The position numbers and the translations under genes are program-made. Shown here piece after piece: positions 36,673-45,165 of a stretch of DNA of 64,000 nucleotides. The first letter of the stretch is position 1; each line of letters starts with the position of its first letter. A model generated the notes under the pieces. It was given only the letters and a program-made list of their open reading frames with translations. It made no database searches and had not been told where the DNA came from. The DNA is from Verrucomicrobiia bacterium (GTDB lineage: Bacteria; Verrucomicrobiota; Verrucomicrobiia; Limisphaerales; JADJPG01), in assembly GCA_035577805.1 (NCBI GenBank), contig DATLUX010000500.1, forward strand, positions 19,643 to 83,642, read 5' to 3'.

Positions 36673-37512
36673 GTGACGTCTGCATCCGCTGAAGTCTCGG
36701 AAGTCGGATCTCGATCGTCGCACGGCATCCGGGACACGCCTGAACTGCAGTTGCGCGTCCACGGATCGGACGCTCTGCCGACGCTCCTGCATTTGCCGGG
36801 TCTGCATGGGGACTGGACACTGCTGGGTCCCTTTCGGCGAGCTTTGGCCGGCCGCGCGCGACTTGTGGAAACGACTTATCCGCGTGAACCCGGCTGGACC
36901 CTGGCCAATTATGCCCGGGCCATCACGAAGGGATTGGTCGAACTGGGCATCGAACGTTGTTGGATTCTGGGCGAATCCTTCTCATCGCAAGTCGCCTGGG
37001 AATTGCTCCGGCCGCAGGCTAACCGGCCTGAAGTGACCGGTCTCATCCTGGTGGGTGGGTTCATCCGGCATCCATGGCCGTGGGGAGTGAAGCTGGCACA
37101 TCGGGTGAGTTGCCGGTTTCCGCATTGGGTTCTGCGCCGTGCCTGCAGTTGTTATGCGTGGCTGGCACGAAAGCGTTGCCCCAACTCCGAGTCAACCGCT
37201 GAACTGGAGGAGTTTGTGGCCCGCCGGATTACCTCTCTTGACCGCGTGGCCCTAAATTCGCGCTACCAACTCATCGCCGACAATGATCCATCGTCCATTG
37301 CCCGGGCCACGACGCTGCCGGTCTTCCAACTTAGCGGCGCTTGGGATCCGCTCGTGCCATGGTGGCAGGTCCGGCCCTGGCTACGCCGCCATTGCCCGGG
37401 TTATGTCGCCAGCCGCATCGTCTGGTCGGGCAGCCATAACGTCCTCATGTCGTCCCCGGCGGCCTGCGCCGATCAAATCCTGGGTTGGCTGGCCGCACTG
37501 CGCCGGGGTTAG
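36673..37512 (+). CDS. Alpha/beta hydrolase
   Basis: 'LLHLPGLHGD' oxyanion region and 'WILGESFSSQVA' nucleophile elbow (GxSxS variant). The start is uncertain. Confidence 0.6.
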   Translation: MTSASAEVSEVGSRSSHGIRDTPELQLRVHGSDALPTLLHLPGLHGDWTLLGPFRRALAGRARLVETTYPREPGWTLANYARAITKGLVELGIERCWILGESFSSQVAWELLRPQANRPEVTGLILVGGFIRHPWPWGVKLAHRVSCRFPHWVLRRACSCYAWLARKRCPNSESTAELEEFVARRITSLDRVALNSRYQLIADNDPSSIARATTLPVFQLSGAWDPLVPWWQVRPWLRRHCPGYVASRIVWSGSHNVLMSSPAACADQILGWLAALRRG

Positions 37513-37621
37513 CTACGCGCTCATCGGCCAGGTTCAGCCGTCGCCCATGTCCTCCATGTCCTTGCTGTGACTGGATTATCATCGACTTCGCGCGCCAACT
37601 GCGGGACGATGACAAGCTGTC

Positions 37622-38350
37622 ATGGCTTATCGCGATCTCAAGCTGGCGGCTCTTCTAATCTTCCTGGCGTTCCACGGCGGCAAGGCCACGGCGCAAGAAC
37701 ACGTCATTCTGCTGCATGGGCTATGCCGGACCAAACACTCCATGGACCGCATGGAGGCGGCGTTGGTGCGGGCCGGTTATCACGTTTTGAACGTTGGTTA
37801 CGCTTCACGCTCCGCCCCCACCGCGTCACTCGCCGACCAAGTCGTCGGGAACGCCGTGGCCAACTGCCTGCGGGATGGAGCGACGCGGATTCATTTTGTG
37901 ACTCATTCGTTTGGCGGCATTCTGGTCCGGAGCTATCTGGCGAATCATTCGTTGTCGAGTCTGGGGCGTGTGGTGATGTTGGGACCTCCCAATCAAGGCA
38001 GCGAATTGGTGGATCGTTTCGGGTCCCTGTGGTTATTCGGGGTGATCACCGGGCCAGCCGGCCGTGAACTCGGCACCGACGTGGATTCGCTTCCGCACCG
38101 GCTTGGACCGGCGCATTTTGAGCTGGGTGTCATCGCCGGAAATCGTTCGTTGAACTGGCTGGCCAGCGCGTGCATCCCCGGGCATGACGACGGTAAAGTC
38201 TCCGTGGAAAGCACGCGGGTGGCCGGCATGACCGATCATATCATCATCGCCGCGGCTCATCGTTTCCTGATGAAGACCCGCCAGGCCATTCGCCAGACCA
38301 AACACTTCCTGCAAGAGGGGGCCTTCGATCATTCCGCACGGGGAGGTTGA
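37622..38350 (+). CDS. Secreted alpha/beta hydrolase (lipase/esterase-like)
   Basis: Signal 'LKLAALLIFLAFHGGKATA'. 'VILLHGLCRT' and 'HFVTHSFGGILVR' nucleophile elbow. Confidence 0.7.
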   Translation: MAYRDLKLAALLIFLAFHGGKATAQEHVILLHGLCRTKHSMDRMEAALVRAGYHVLNVGYASRSAPTASLADQVVGNAVANCLRDGATRIHFVTHSFGGILVRSYLANHSLSSLGRVVMLGPPNQGSELVDRFGSLWLFGVITGPAGRELGTDVDSLPHRLGPAHFELGVIAGNRSLNWLASACIPGHDDGKVSVESTRVAGMTDHIIIAAAHRFLMKTRQAIRQTKHFLQEGAFDHSARGG

Positions 38351-38399
38351 CCTCCGCGCGCCGGTTTGTTTGGCTGACGCACGGAATTGGCGAGAGTTC

Positions 38400-38645
38400 A
38401 TGACTGTTCAAGTTCATTTCTATTCGTATTTTAAGGAACTCACCGGAACAGCGCAGGCGGTGCAGCAACTTCCCGACGGCGCCACGCTGGGCGAACTTCA
38501 CCGTCAGCTCATGCTCCGCTTTCCGAAACTGGAACCGATGCGCAAATCGACCTTGATCGCGGTGGGCGTGGAATACCAGGGGTTGGATCACATTTTGCAA
38601 GAAGCCGATGAGGTTTCCCTTTTCCCGCCAGTGCAGGGCGGGTAG
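38400..38645 (+). CDS. moaD: Molybdopterin synthase sulfur-carrier subunit
   Basis: 81 aa starting 'MTVQVHFYSYFKELTG' and ending 'LFPPVQGG' (C-terminal Gly-Gly). moaE follows. Confidence 0.75.
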   Translation: MTVQVHFYSYFKELTGTAQAVQQLPDGATLGELHRQLMLRFPKLEPMRKSTLIAVGVEYQGLDHILQEADEVSLFPPVQGG

Positions 38646-38687
38646 GCGACGGACACCGAGAAAACCACCAGGGCCGCAATTGGAATT

Positions 38688-39092
38688 ATGCAGTGCGAGC
38701 TTCAGATCACGCGGGAGCCCATCGATGAAGCCGCGTGGGTGCAGACGCGCCGCATGAGCCCGGGCATGGGCGCCGCGGTCTATTTCTCCGGCGTCGTGCG
38801 CGTCCAGGAGGAAGGTCGCGAGATTCAAGCCATCGAGTACGAAGCCTTTGAGCCGATGGCCCGGCACCAGTTCCAGCTCATCTTCCAAGAGATGGAAAAG
38901 CGGTGGCCCATCGAGGCAGTGCGACTCGTGCACCGCATCGGCGTGGTCCGCGTCAACGAACCATCGTTATGGGTCGAGGTCATTGCCCCTCACCGCGGCG
39001 AAGCCTTTGCCGCCTGCCAGTTTCTCATCGACGAGATGAAACGCGTGGTGCCGATTTGGAAAAAGCCGCTGGCCGCCGCGAGCCTCTCCTAG
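38688..39092 (+). CDS. moaE: Molybdopterin synthase catalytic subunit
   Basis: 'GAAVYFSGVVR...IEYEAFEPMA...IGVVRVNEPSLWVEVIAPHRGEAFAACQFLIDEMKRVVPIWKK' is a MoaE pattern. Confidence 0.8.
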   Translation: MQCELQITREPIDEAAWVQTRRMSPGMGAAVYFSGVVRVQEEGREIQAIEYEAFEPMARHQFQLIFQEMEKRWPIEAVRLVHRIGVVRVNEPSLWVEVIAPHRGEAFAACQFLIDEMKRVVPIWKKPLAAASLS

Positions 39093-39184
39093 TCGTGGCA
39101 AGGCCAAGCTTCTCTCTGGGCAAAGCCGAGTGGCCCTGGATTGCACCATCGTCCAACAAACTTTGAATTGGTTTCGACACCTCC

Positions 39185-39757
39185 ATGAGTTACAATCCGA
39201 GCATGGCGGTCGTGCTGGAAACGAAAGGCAAGCGTTGGACCTACGAGGAATATAGTCGTCTCAACGACGATCAACGCTACGAAGTCATCGACGGCAATTT
39301 GCTTATGGCCCCAGCCCCGGATACCTGGCACCAGGATTATTCGCGAAAACTCTTTCGGATCATCGACCGTTTCGCCACTGCTCAAAAGCTGGGTGAGGTT
39401 TTCTATTCGCCCATTGATGTGATTCTGGATGCCGAGAACACAGTCCAACCGGACCTGGTATTCGTGGCGGCGGCGAACCTTAACTTCATTCAGCGCCGGG
39501 GAATCTTCGGGGTGCCTGACCTGCTCGTGGAGCTTGTTTCCCCTTCCACCGTGCGGCGCGATCGCTACGACAAGCGGGACCTTTACGCCCGCTTCGGCGT
39601 GAAGGAATACTGGATCGGCGATCCGGCCAACAAAGCCCTCGAAATCCTCGCCCTCAAGCAAGGCCGCTACGAATTGCACCGTTGCGCCGAGGAGAACGGC
39701 CAGCTGACCTCGCTCGTGCTGGCTGGTCTAGAGTTCGACTTGCGCGACATTCAGTAA
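39185..39757 (+). CDS. Uma2 family (DUF820) endonuclease
   Basis: 'YEVIDGNLLMAPAPDTWHQ...SPIDVILDAENTVQPDLVFV...VPDLLVELVSPST...RDLYARFGVKEYWIGDP' gives the PD-(D/E)xK-like Uma2 motifs. Confidence 0.8.
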   Translation: MSYNPSMAVVLETKGKRWTYEEYSRLNDDQRYEVIDGNLLMAPAPDTWHQDYSRKLFRIIDRFATAQKLGEVFYSPIDVILDAENTVQPDLVFVAAANLNFIQRRGIFGVPDLLVELVSPSTVRRDRYDKRDLYARFGVKEYWIGDPANKALEILALKQGRYELHRCAEENGQLTSLVLAGLEFDLRDIQ

Positions 39758-40227
39758 GCCGCCTGCGCCCGGTTCGAAATCTCCTCAATGGCTTTTCGGC
39801 AGTACCATTTCACCGCGTTCGTCATCGGCGGCTGCATCTGGTCGAGTTCCTCACCCAGGCACCAACGGATGTCATGATGCTCGTCTCCGGCCAACGCCAA
39901 TTGTCCCCCTTTGGGACGGGCCCAATAGATCATCCCGATGTGTTCGTGGGTGTCGTGGATGCGATGAATGTCCAGGAAACGAGGCCCAATCAACGCGCGC
40001 GTGCCAGGTTCAGTGGTCGGCGGACGTTCTCCCAGCAACTCCACCTCAAACCCGCTTTCCTCGCGCGCTTCACGCAACGCAGCTTGTTCCGGATCTTCGT
40101 CTAACTCGATGTGCCCGCCCAGCGGCAGCCATTTGTCGAGCTTCCGATGGTGAACCAGCAGGACGCGTCCCGCGTGCACCACAAAAATTGCCACTGTAAA
40201 ATCGATCTTCTCGTGAATATGCGCCAT
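39751..40227 (-). CDS. NUDIX hydrolase
   Basis: Nudix box 'GGHIELDEDPEQAALREAREESGFEV'. Confidence 0.85.
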   Translation of the reverse strand: MAHIHEKIDFTVAIFVVHAGRVLLVHHRKLDKWLPLGGHIELDEDPEQAALREAREESGFEVELLGERPPTTEPGTRALIGPRFLDIHRIHDTHEHIGMIYWARPKGGQLALAGDEHHDIRWCLGEELDQMQPPMTNAVKWYCRKAIEEISNRAQAAY

Positions 40228-40439
40228 GCCGGTGTAGGATGGTTAAAGCCATTCGCGCTGACCACGGAAATCCTTCCGCCTTCGGCTCCGGCTACGGCGC
40301 GCCAGGCCCGCCTTCGCGCTGCGGGCTATGGCGCGGCAAGCTCCGCTTTCGCAAACCCGCAACCGGCAACCAGCAACGAGGAACTAGGAACAGGCCGAAT
40401 CCCGCTTGTCGCGGAGTGGTGATTCGGCAAACTACCCGC

Positions 40440-41576
40440 ATGCCTGTGCGTCGAATTCATCTCGTTGCTTTGGTTTTGTGGTTTGGCGCCAGTCCTTTCC
40501 TGGGTGGGTCAGGTCAAAGCGCTGAACCGGATGCCGAGGCGCAGAAGACCGCGCTGGCGGTCGAGACATTGACCCGCTTGCAGTCCACGGATCTCAGCAC
40601 CAATCCGAAGCTCAAAGAAGCCGTCTTCCGCGTGCTGGAACGCACGCGCGGCACACCGAACTTCGTTAAACTCGTGCGCCATTTTCAGATTCCGAACCAG
40701 GAGACCGGCCTGCTGGAGGTGGTCTTGGCGCAACCGGTGGCGGAAAGTGCCGAGGCCATGCGCCTGCTCCTGGCGGGAGACGTCGCGCCGCTGCAACAGG
40801 CCCTGACGGGAACCAACCTGAGCGTGGTGCTCAAAGTTGTGGAAACCTTGGGCAACGCCGGCGAGAAACAAGCAAACCCATTGCTGCTGGCCATCGTCAC
40901 CGATGCGAAGAAGGATGCAGCAGTCCGTCGGCAGGCTGTCCGGTCACTGGTGAAAACGGCCGATGGCGCTCGCGAGGTCTTGCGCCTGGCTAAAGACGAT
41001 CAGCTGGCTCTGGACCTCCGTTTCACGGCCGGGAACGCTTTGAGTCTGGTGCGTTGGGAGGAGATCAAGCAAGAGGCGGCAACGGTCTTGCCCCCGGCGC
41101 AAGGCCAAAACGCCGTGCCCTTGCCGCCCCTGGACAAGTTGCTGGCGATGAAAGGCGATCCGCATAATGGCGCCCGCATTTTCACGAATACCATCCCCGG
41201 CTGTTCGGCCTGCCACGTTGTGCACGGGCAGGGCACGGAATTGGGCCCGAACCTTTCCGAGGTGGGAACCAAACTAGGCAAGGATGCCTTGTATGAAGCC
41301 ATCCTGGAACCCAGCGCGGGGATCTCCTTTGGTTTTGAGGCTTTCAACGTCACTTTAAAAAGCGGCGACGAATATTACGGCCTGATCGCCAGTGAAAGCG
41401 CCGATGAACTCACCCTCAAAGCCGTTGGAGGCATCACCACGCGAATCAAAAAATCCGACATCACCTCCCGGCAACAGTCGAAGGTGTCCCTCATGCCCAC
41501 CGGGCTGCAAGTGGGCCTGACCACTCAGGAATTGGTCGACTTGATCGAATACCTGGCGTCGCTCAAAAAACCCTGA
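40440..41576 (+). CDS. HEAT-repeat protein with a C-terminal c-type cytochrome domain (PVC-type heme-binding CxxCH protein)
   Basis: ATG 40440 gives the signal 'MPVRRIHLVALVLWFGASPFLGG'. HEAT-like helices are followed by 'CSACHVVHGQGTELGPNLSEVG...LMPTGL'. The maximal ORF starts at 40239. Confidence 0.75.
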   Translation: MPVRRIHLVALVLWFGASPFLGGSGQSAEPDAEAQKTALAVETLTRLQSTDLSTNPKLKEAVFRVLERTRGTPNFVKLVRHFQIPNQETGLLEVVLAQPVAESAEAMRLLLAGDVAPLQQALTGTNLSVVLKVVETLGNAGEKQANPLLLAIVTDAKKDAAVRRQAVRSLVKTADGAREVLRLAKDDQLALDLRFTAGNALSLVRWEEIKQEAATVLPPAQGQNAVPLPPLDKLLAMKGDPHNGARIFTNTIPGCSACHVVHGQGTELGPNLSEVGTKLGKDALYEAILEPSAGISFGFEAFNVTLKSGDEYYGLIASESADELTLKAVGGITTRIKKSDITSRQQSKVSLMPTGLQVGLTTQELVDLIEYLASLKKP

Positions 41577-41585
41577 ACCTGGCAT

Positions 41586-41652
41586 TTTTCGATGGTCGAT
41601 TTTCGATGGTCGATTGCCCCGTGAATCGACAATCGCAAGATTGAAAATCGAC
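41586..41652 (+). promoter_or_regulatory. Operator-like array of direct and inverted GTCGATT heptamers upstream of fur
   Basis: (TTTTCGATGGTCGA)x2 at 41586-41613. GTCGATT at 41595 and 41609. The inverse AATCGAC at 41624 and 41646. GTCGATT-N8-AATCGAC forms a perfect inverted repeat. Confidence 0.35.
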
Positions 41653-41671
41653 GATCGCCCGCGCCCCTTCA

Positions 41672-41701
41672 TTGACTTGTGGGGGTGGGGAAAAGTATAG
41701 T
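41672..41701 (+). promoter_or_regulatory. Candidate sigma-70-type promoter of fur
   Basis: TTGACT (41672-41677), an 18-nt spacer, then TATAGT (41696-41701). The ATG at 41708 lies only 6 nt downstream, implying a leaderless or near-leaderless mRNA. Confidence 0.3.
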
Positions 41702-41707
41702 GCGGCG

Positions 41708-42184
41708 ATGTCTTCGCCGGGCAAACAGGCTGCCAAAGAAAAGTTTCTGACCTTTTTGGAGGGGAAGAAACTGCGCATGACTGCGCAGCGCCAGGCGATC
41801 ATCGAGACGGTGTTCAACACGGAGGAACACTTCACAGCCGAACAACTCCTGGTCTGGGCCCGAGAGCGAGATCCGTCGGTCTCGCGAGCGACCGTGTATC
41901 GAACGTTGCCGTTGCTGACGGAAAGCGGGCTGGTGCGGGAGATGGATTTCGGGAAGGAATCCAAGTTTTACGATCCCAACTACGCCGATCACCCCAACCA
42001 CAACCACATCATCTGCAGCCATTGCGATAAAATTGTCGAGTTCGAAAGCTCCCGAATCGCCGAGATCGAATCTGAGATCAGCCATAAACTCGGCTTTTCG
42101 GTGAGAAGCCAGCGCCTGCAAATCACCGGCGAATGTGAACAGATGAAGAAGTCGGGCACCTGCAAGAATCGAATGTGTCGTTAG
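41708..42184 (+). CDS. fur: Fur family transcriptional regulator
   Basis: 'LRMTAQRQAIIETVFNTEEHFTAEQL...SRATVYRTLPLL...HNHIICSHCDKIVEF' gives the winged helix plus metal-site motifs. Confidence 0.85.
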   Translation: MSSPGKQAAKEKFLTFLEGKKLRMTAQRQAIIETVFNTEEHFTAEQLLVWARERDPSVSRATVYRTLPLLTESGLVREMDFGKESKFYDPNYADHPNHNHIICSHCDKIVEFESSRIAEIESEISHKLGFSVRSQRLQITGECEQMKKSGTCKNRMCR

Positions 42185-42206
42185 CGCTGGTTTTTCCAAC
42201 ACACGC

Positions 42207-43463
42207 GTGAACGTCTACGATCACCCGACCTTCCATATGGCCTGCCAGCAGTTTGATCTGGCGGCCGATTACCTCCAAATCCCCGCCGATGACCGGGACC
42301 GTCTCAAATACCCCAAACGCGCGCTCAGCGTTTCCATCCCGATCCATCGCGATGACGGCAGCACAGCGGTCTTCACCGGGCATCGAGTCCAGCATCATCT
42401 GAGCCTTGGCCCAACCAAGGGCGGCATCCGTTATCATCCTGAGGTGGCTTTGGGCGAGGTGGCGGCGCTGGCGATGTGGATGAGCTGGAAATGTGCCCTG
42501 TGCGGCTTGCCTTACGGCGGCGCCAAGGGCGGCGTGACTTGCGATCCCAACCAGCTTTCACTCACCGAATTGGAACGGCTCACCCGCCGATTTACGCAGG
42601 AAATCATTCCGTTCATCGGACCCCAAGTCGACATCCCGGCCCCCGACCTGGGCACCAACGAACAAATCATGGCCTGGATGATGGACACCTATTCGGTGCA
42701 TATGGGCTACTCGGTTCCGGGCGTCGTCACGGGCAAACCGGTCTTGCTCGGGGGGTCGCTCGGACGCCGCGAAGCCACGGGCCGCGGCGTGGCCTACCTC
42801 ACCAACCGCACCATGGACATGCTGAATCTCGAGGCCGGAAAATGCAGGGCGGCGGTGCAAGGGTTCGGCAATGTCGGTTCAGTGGCTGCGCTGTCTTTGG
42901 CACGGCAGGGAGTGAAAATCATCGCCGCCAGCGATGCGATGGGCGGCGTGCACAACCCCAAAGGATTAGACCTGTGGGCCCTGGAAAAACATATGGCCGC
43001 CGCACGCACGGTAGCGGGTTTTTCCGGCGGCGACCCCATTACCAATCAGGATCTGCTGGTGACCCCCTGCGATATCCTGGTGCCGGCCGCGTTGGAGCGC
43101 CAGATCACCGAGGCCAACGCCGGCCAGATCCAATGTCGCATCCTGGCCGAAGCAGCCAACGGCCCCACCACCCCCGAAGCCGATCGTATCCTCGAACAGC
43201 GTCCGGAAATATTTGTCATTCCTGACATCCTTTGCAATGCGGGCGGAGTAGTGGTGAGTTACTTCGAGTGGGTGCAGGATCTGCAGAGCTTCTTTTGGAA
43301 CGAAACCGAAGTCGTCGACAAACTGTTTCGCATCCTGGAAACCGCCTTCAACTTGACGCTGAACCACAGCCGCAAAAATAGCCTCTCCATGCGTCAAGCC
43401 GCCTTGAGCTTGGGCATCAAACGCGTGCACGACGCCAAACGCACCCGCGGATTGTTTCCTTAA
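42207..43463 (+). CDS. gdh: Glutamate dehydrogenase (Glu/Leu/Phe/Val dehydrogenase family)
   Basis: 'GPTKGGIRYHP', 'LPYGGAKGGV' and 'VQGFGNVGSVAA' (Rossmann) motifs. GTG start, with ATG 42237 as an alternative. Confidence 0.9.
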   Translation: MNVYDHPTFHMACQQFDLAADYLQIPADDRDRLKYPKRALSVSIPIHRDDGSTAVFTGHRVQHHLSLGPTKGGIRYHPEVALGEVAALAMWMSWKCALCGLPYGGAKGGVTCDPNQLSLTELERLTRRFTQEIIPFIGPQVDIPAPDLGTNEQIMAWMMDTYSVHMGYSVPGVVTGKPVLLGGSLGRREATGRGVAYLTNRTMDMLNLEAGKCRAAVQGFGNVGSVAALSLARQGVKIIAASDAMGGVHNPKGLDLWALEKHMAAARTVAGFSGGDPITNQDLLVTPCDILVPAALERQITEANAGQIQCRILAEAANGPTTPEADRILEQRPEIFVIPDILCNAGGVVVSYFEWVQDLQSFFWNETEVVDKLFRILETAFNLTLNHSRKNSLSMRQAALSLGIKRVHDAKRTRGLFP

Positions 43464-43559
43464 CCTGCGGCCACAGATGCGCGCGGATGGGGGCCCGCAG
43501 ATTCACGCAGATGGGCGCAGATGGCGATGGGTGGGCGCAGATGATTCTGCCACCACATT

Positions 43560-43587
43560 CCGCACTCCGCACTCCGCACTCCGCACT
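43560..43587 (-). repeat. (CCGCACT)x4 heptamer array, read as GCGGAGT-type on the minus strand
   Basis: Perfect units start at 43560, 43567, 43574 and 43581. The array directly abuts the TAG stop (43589-43591) of the minus-strand MlaD-like gene. Confidence 0.95.
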
Positions 43588-43588
43588 C

Positions 43589-44899
43589 CTAGGGTCGTTC
43601 GTCTTTGGGCGAAGTGGCGCGGCGCACTTTCTTGGATGGCGGCGGCGTTTTGTCCGTGCCGCGAAAAGCCGAGCGCAACAGCCAATGGCGCTTGAGCCCT
43701 TGCACCAAATCGTCAGCGTCAACAATCAATCGCGAGATCTGCCGGACCAAATTGGTATTGGCCCGCACCTGATCGTGGAGGTTGCCGGTAATCGAGGCCA
43801 GGTTGTCGATCGCCCGATCCAGGCTCACCGCCACTTCCGTTAGGCGCGCGTCGGTGTTGGTGAGGATGGTATTGGCGGACGCCACCGTTTGGGTCAATTG
43901 CGGCGCCAGGTTGGTCGGGATCAACCAGTCGCCAAGGGAGCCGCGGGGATTGCGCAGGTAGCGCGAGATCTCGGCGAAGTTCTCGGCCAGCACGTTGAGA
44001 TTGGTTACGGTGGGCTCGGCCGAGCCGAGCATTCGATCGGCGTGAGCGGCGGCAGAGGCCGCATTGTCCAGCAGAGCCTGGAGCCGGTTGGTCAGGTTTA
44101 GCACGCTGGGCAACGCGTTCTCCACCGCTTGGGCAACGCTCTCGAGCCGCTCTGTCAGAGCTGGCGATTCGTTGGGAGTGAGAAAGTAACCCTTGCGACT
44201 CTCGACATCTTTGCCCACCAGTCGGTAGCGGCCTTCGCGATCATTCCAAACGGCCGTCGGCATCTTGGTTTGATTGGTGGTGTCGATGATACGCAGAGTC
44301 GCCACGGTGCCGGCGGCGACGATTCGCTGCAACAATACAGGGGTGACGCGCTCCTTCGGGCGCGCCAGAACGTTGGTGCCGCTCTGGTCATAAATCTCGT
44401 CGACCAAAAGCACCGGCGTATCGCCCAGATACGACTCCACCTCCGTCACGGGAACCTCCTTGAACTCGCTGAAGAGGTAACTGGGCGTGCCGTTGGTGCC
44501 TTTGGTGACTTCAATGGAACGTTTCCCGAGGAAATCGACCGCCCCCACCTTGGCTCGGGAATCGTCCCAGATATAGCCGTCGTAAGGTTCTTTGATCCGG
44601 AAAGCCACAAACATGTCGTAATACGACCCGGGCGGTTGCGGTTGGATGTCGGTGATTTCGCCAACGTCCAAGCCCATAAGCTGAACGCTCTGGCCCACTT
44701 TCAGGCCCCCAGCGCTGCGAACAAAAGTAAAGTAGGGAAGTTTGCGCAGACCCCAGCCTCGGCGTTGCGCAGTCTGGCGCACGTAGAAGACCAGACCGGC
44801 CAGCAAGAGCAGCGTAGCCACCAACACGAATAACCCCACCACCCGCTCCAACCGATCCAGTCGGGTGCGCAATTGCGGTGTCAGGTCTTGTAGCGCCAT
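43589..44899 (-). CDS. MlaD/MCE family protein
   Basis: N-terminal TM 'VVGLFVLVATLLLLAGLVFYV'. MCE domain 'FVRSAGGLKVGQSVQLMGLDVGEITDI'. Long helical C-terminus. Confidence 0.8.
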   Translation of the reverse strand: MALQDLTPQLRTRLDRLERVVGLFVLVATLLLLAGLVFYVRQTAQRRGWGLRKLPYFTFVRSAGGLKVGQSVQLMGLDVGEITDIQPQPPGSYYDMFVAFRIKEPYDGYIWDDSRAKVGAVDFLGKRSIEVTKGTNGTPSYLFSEFKEVPVTEVESYLGDTPVLLVDEIYDQSGTNVLARPKERVTPVLLQRIVAAGTVATLRIIDTTNQTKMPTAVWNDREGRYRLVGKDVESRKGYFLTPNESPALTERLESVAQAVENALPSVLNLTNRLQALLDNAASAAAHADRMLGSAEPTVTNLNVLAENFAEISRYLRNPRGSLGDWLIPTNLAPQLTQTVASANTILTNTDARLTEVAVSLDRAIDNLASITGNLHDQVRANTNLVRQISRLIVDADDLVQGLKRHWLLRSAFRGTDKTPPPSKKVRRATSPKDERP

Positions 44900-45165
44900 G
44901 CATTGGCCACGTCGCCCGCGGCTCCGGAGAGAATGCAGACTTCAAACCCGCGTCGCAAGGCCTTCCCGAACGGGAGCGGAAGAGGAGCCCAAAGTTGTCC
45001 CAAACCAAGGTATGGCTATTTGGGCAACACCTCATTAGGCTAACCCGCGATGAACGTTTGTTTCAGGACATGCTGCACTGGACAGGTCGGGTTCCAGTTC
45101 GTTCCTCCGCATCCCCATCCCCATCCCCATGCCAAGCAGGTGTCCGTTACCCAGAAAGGATTCGT

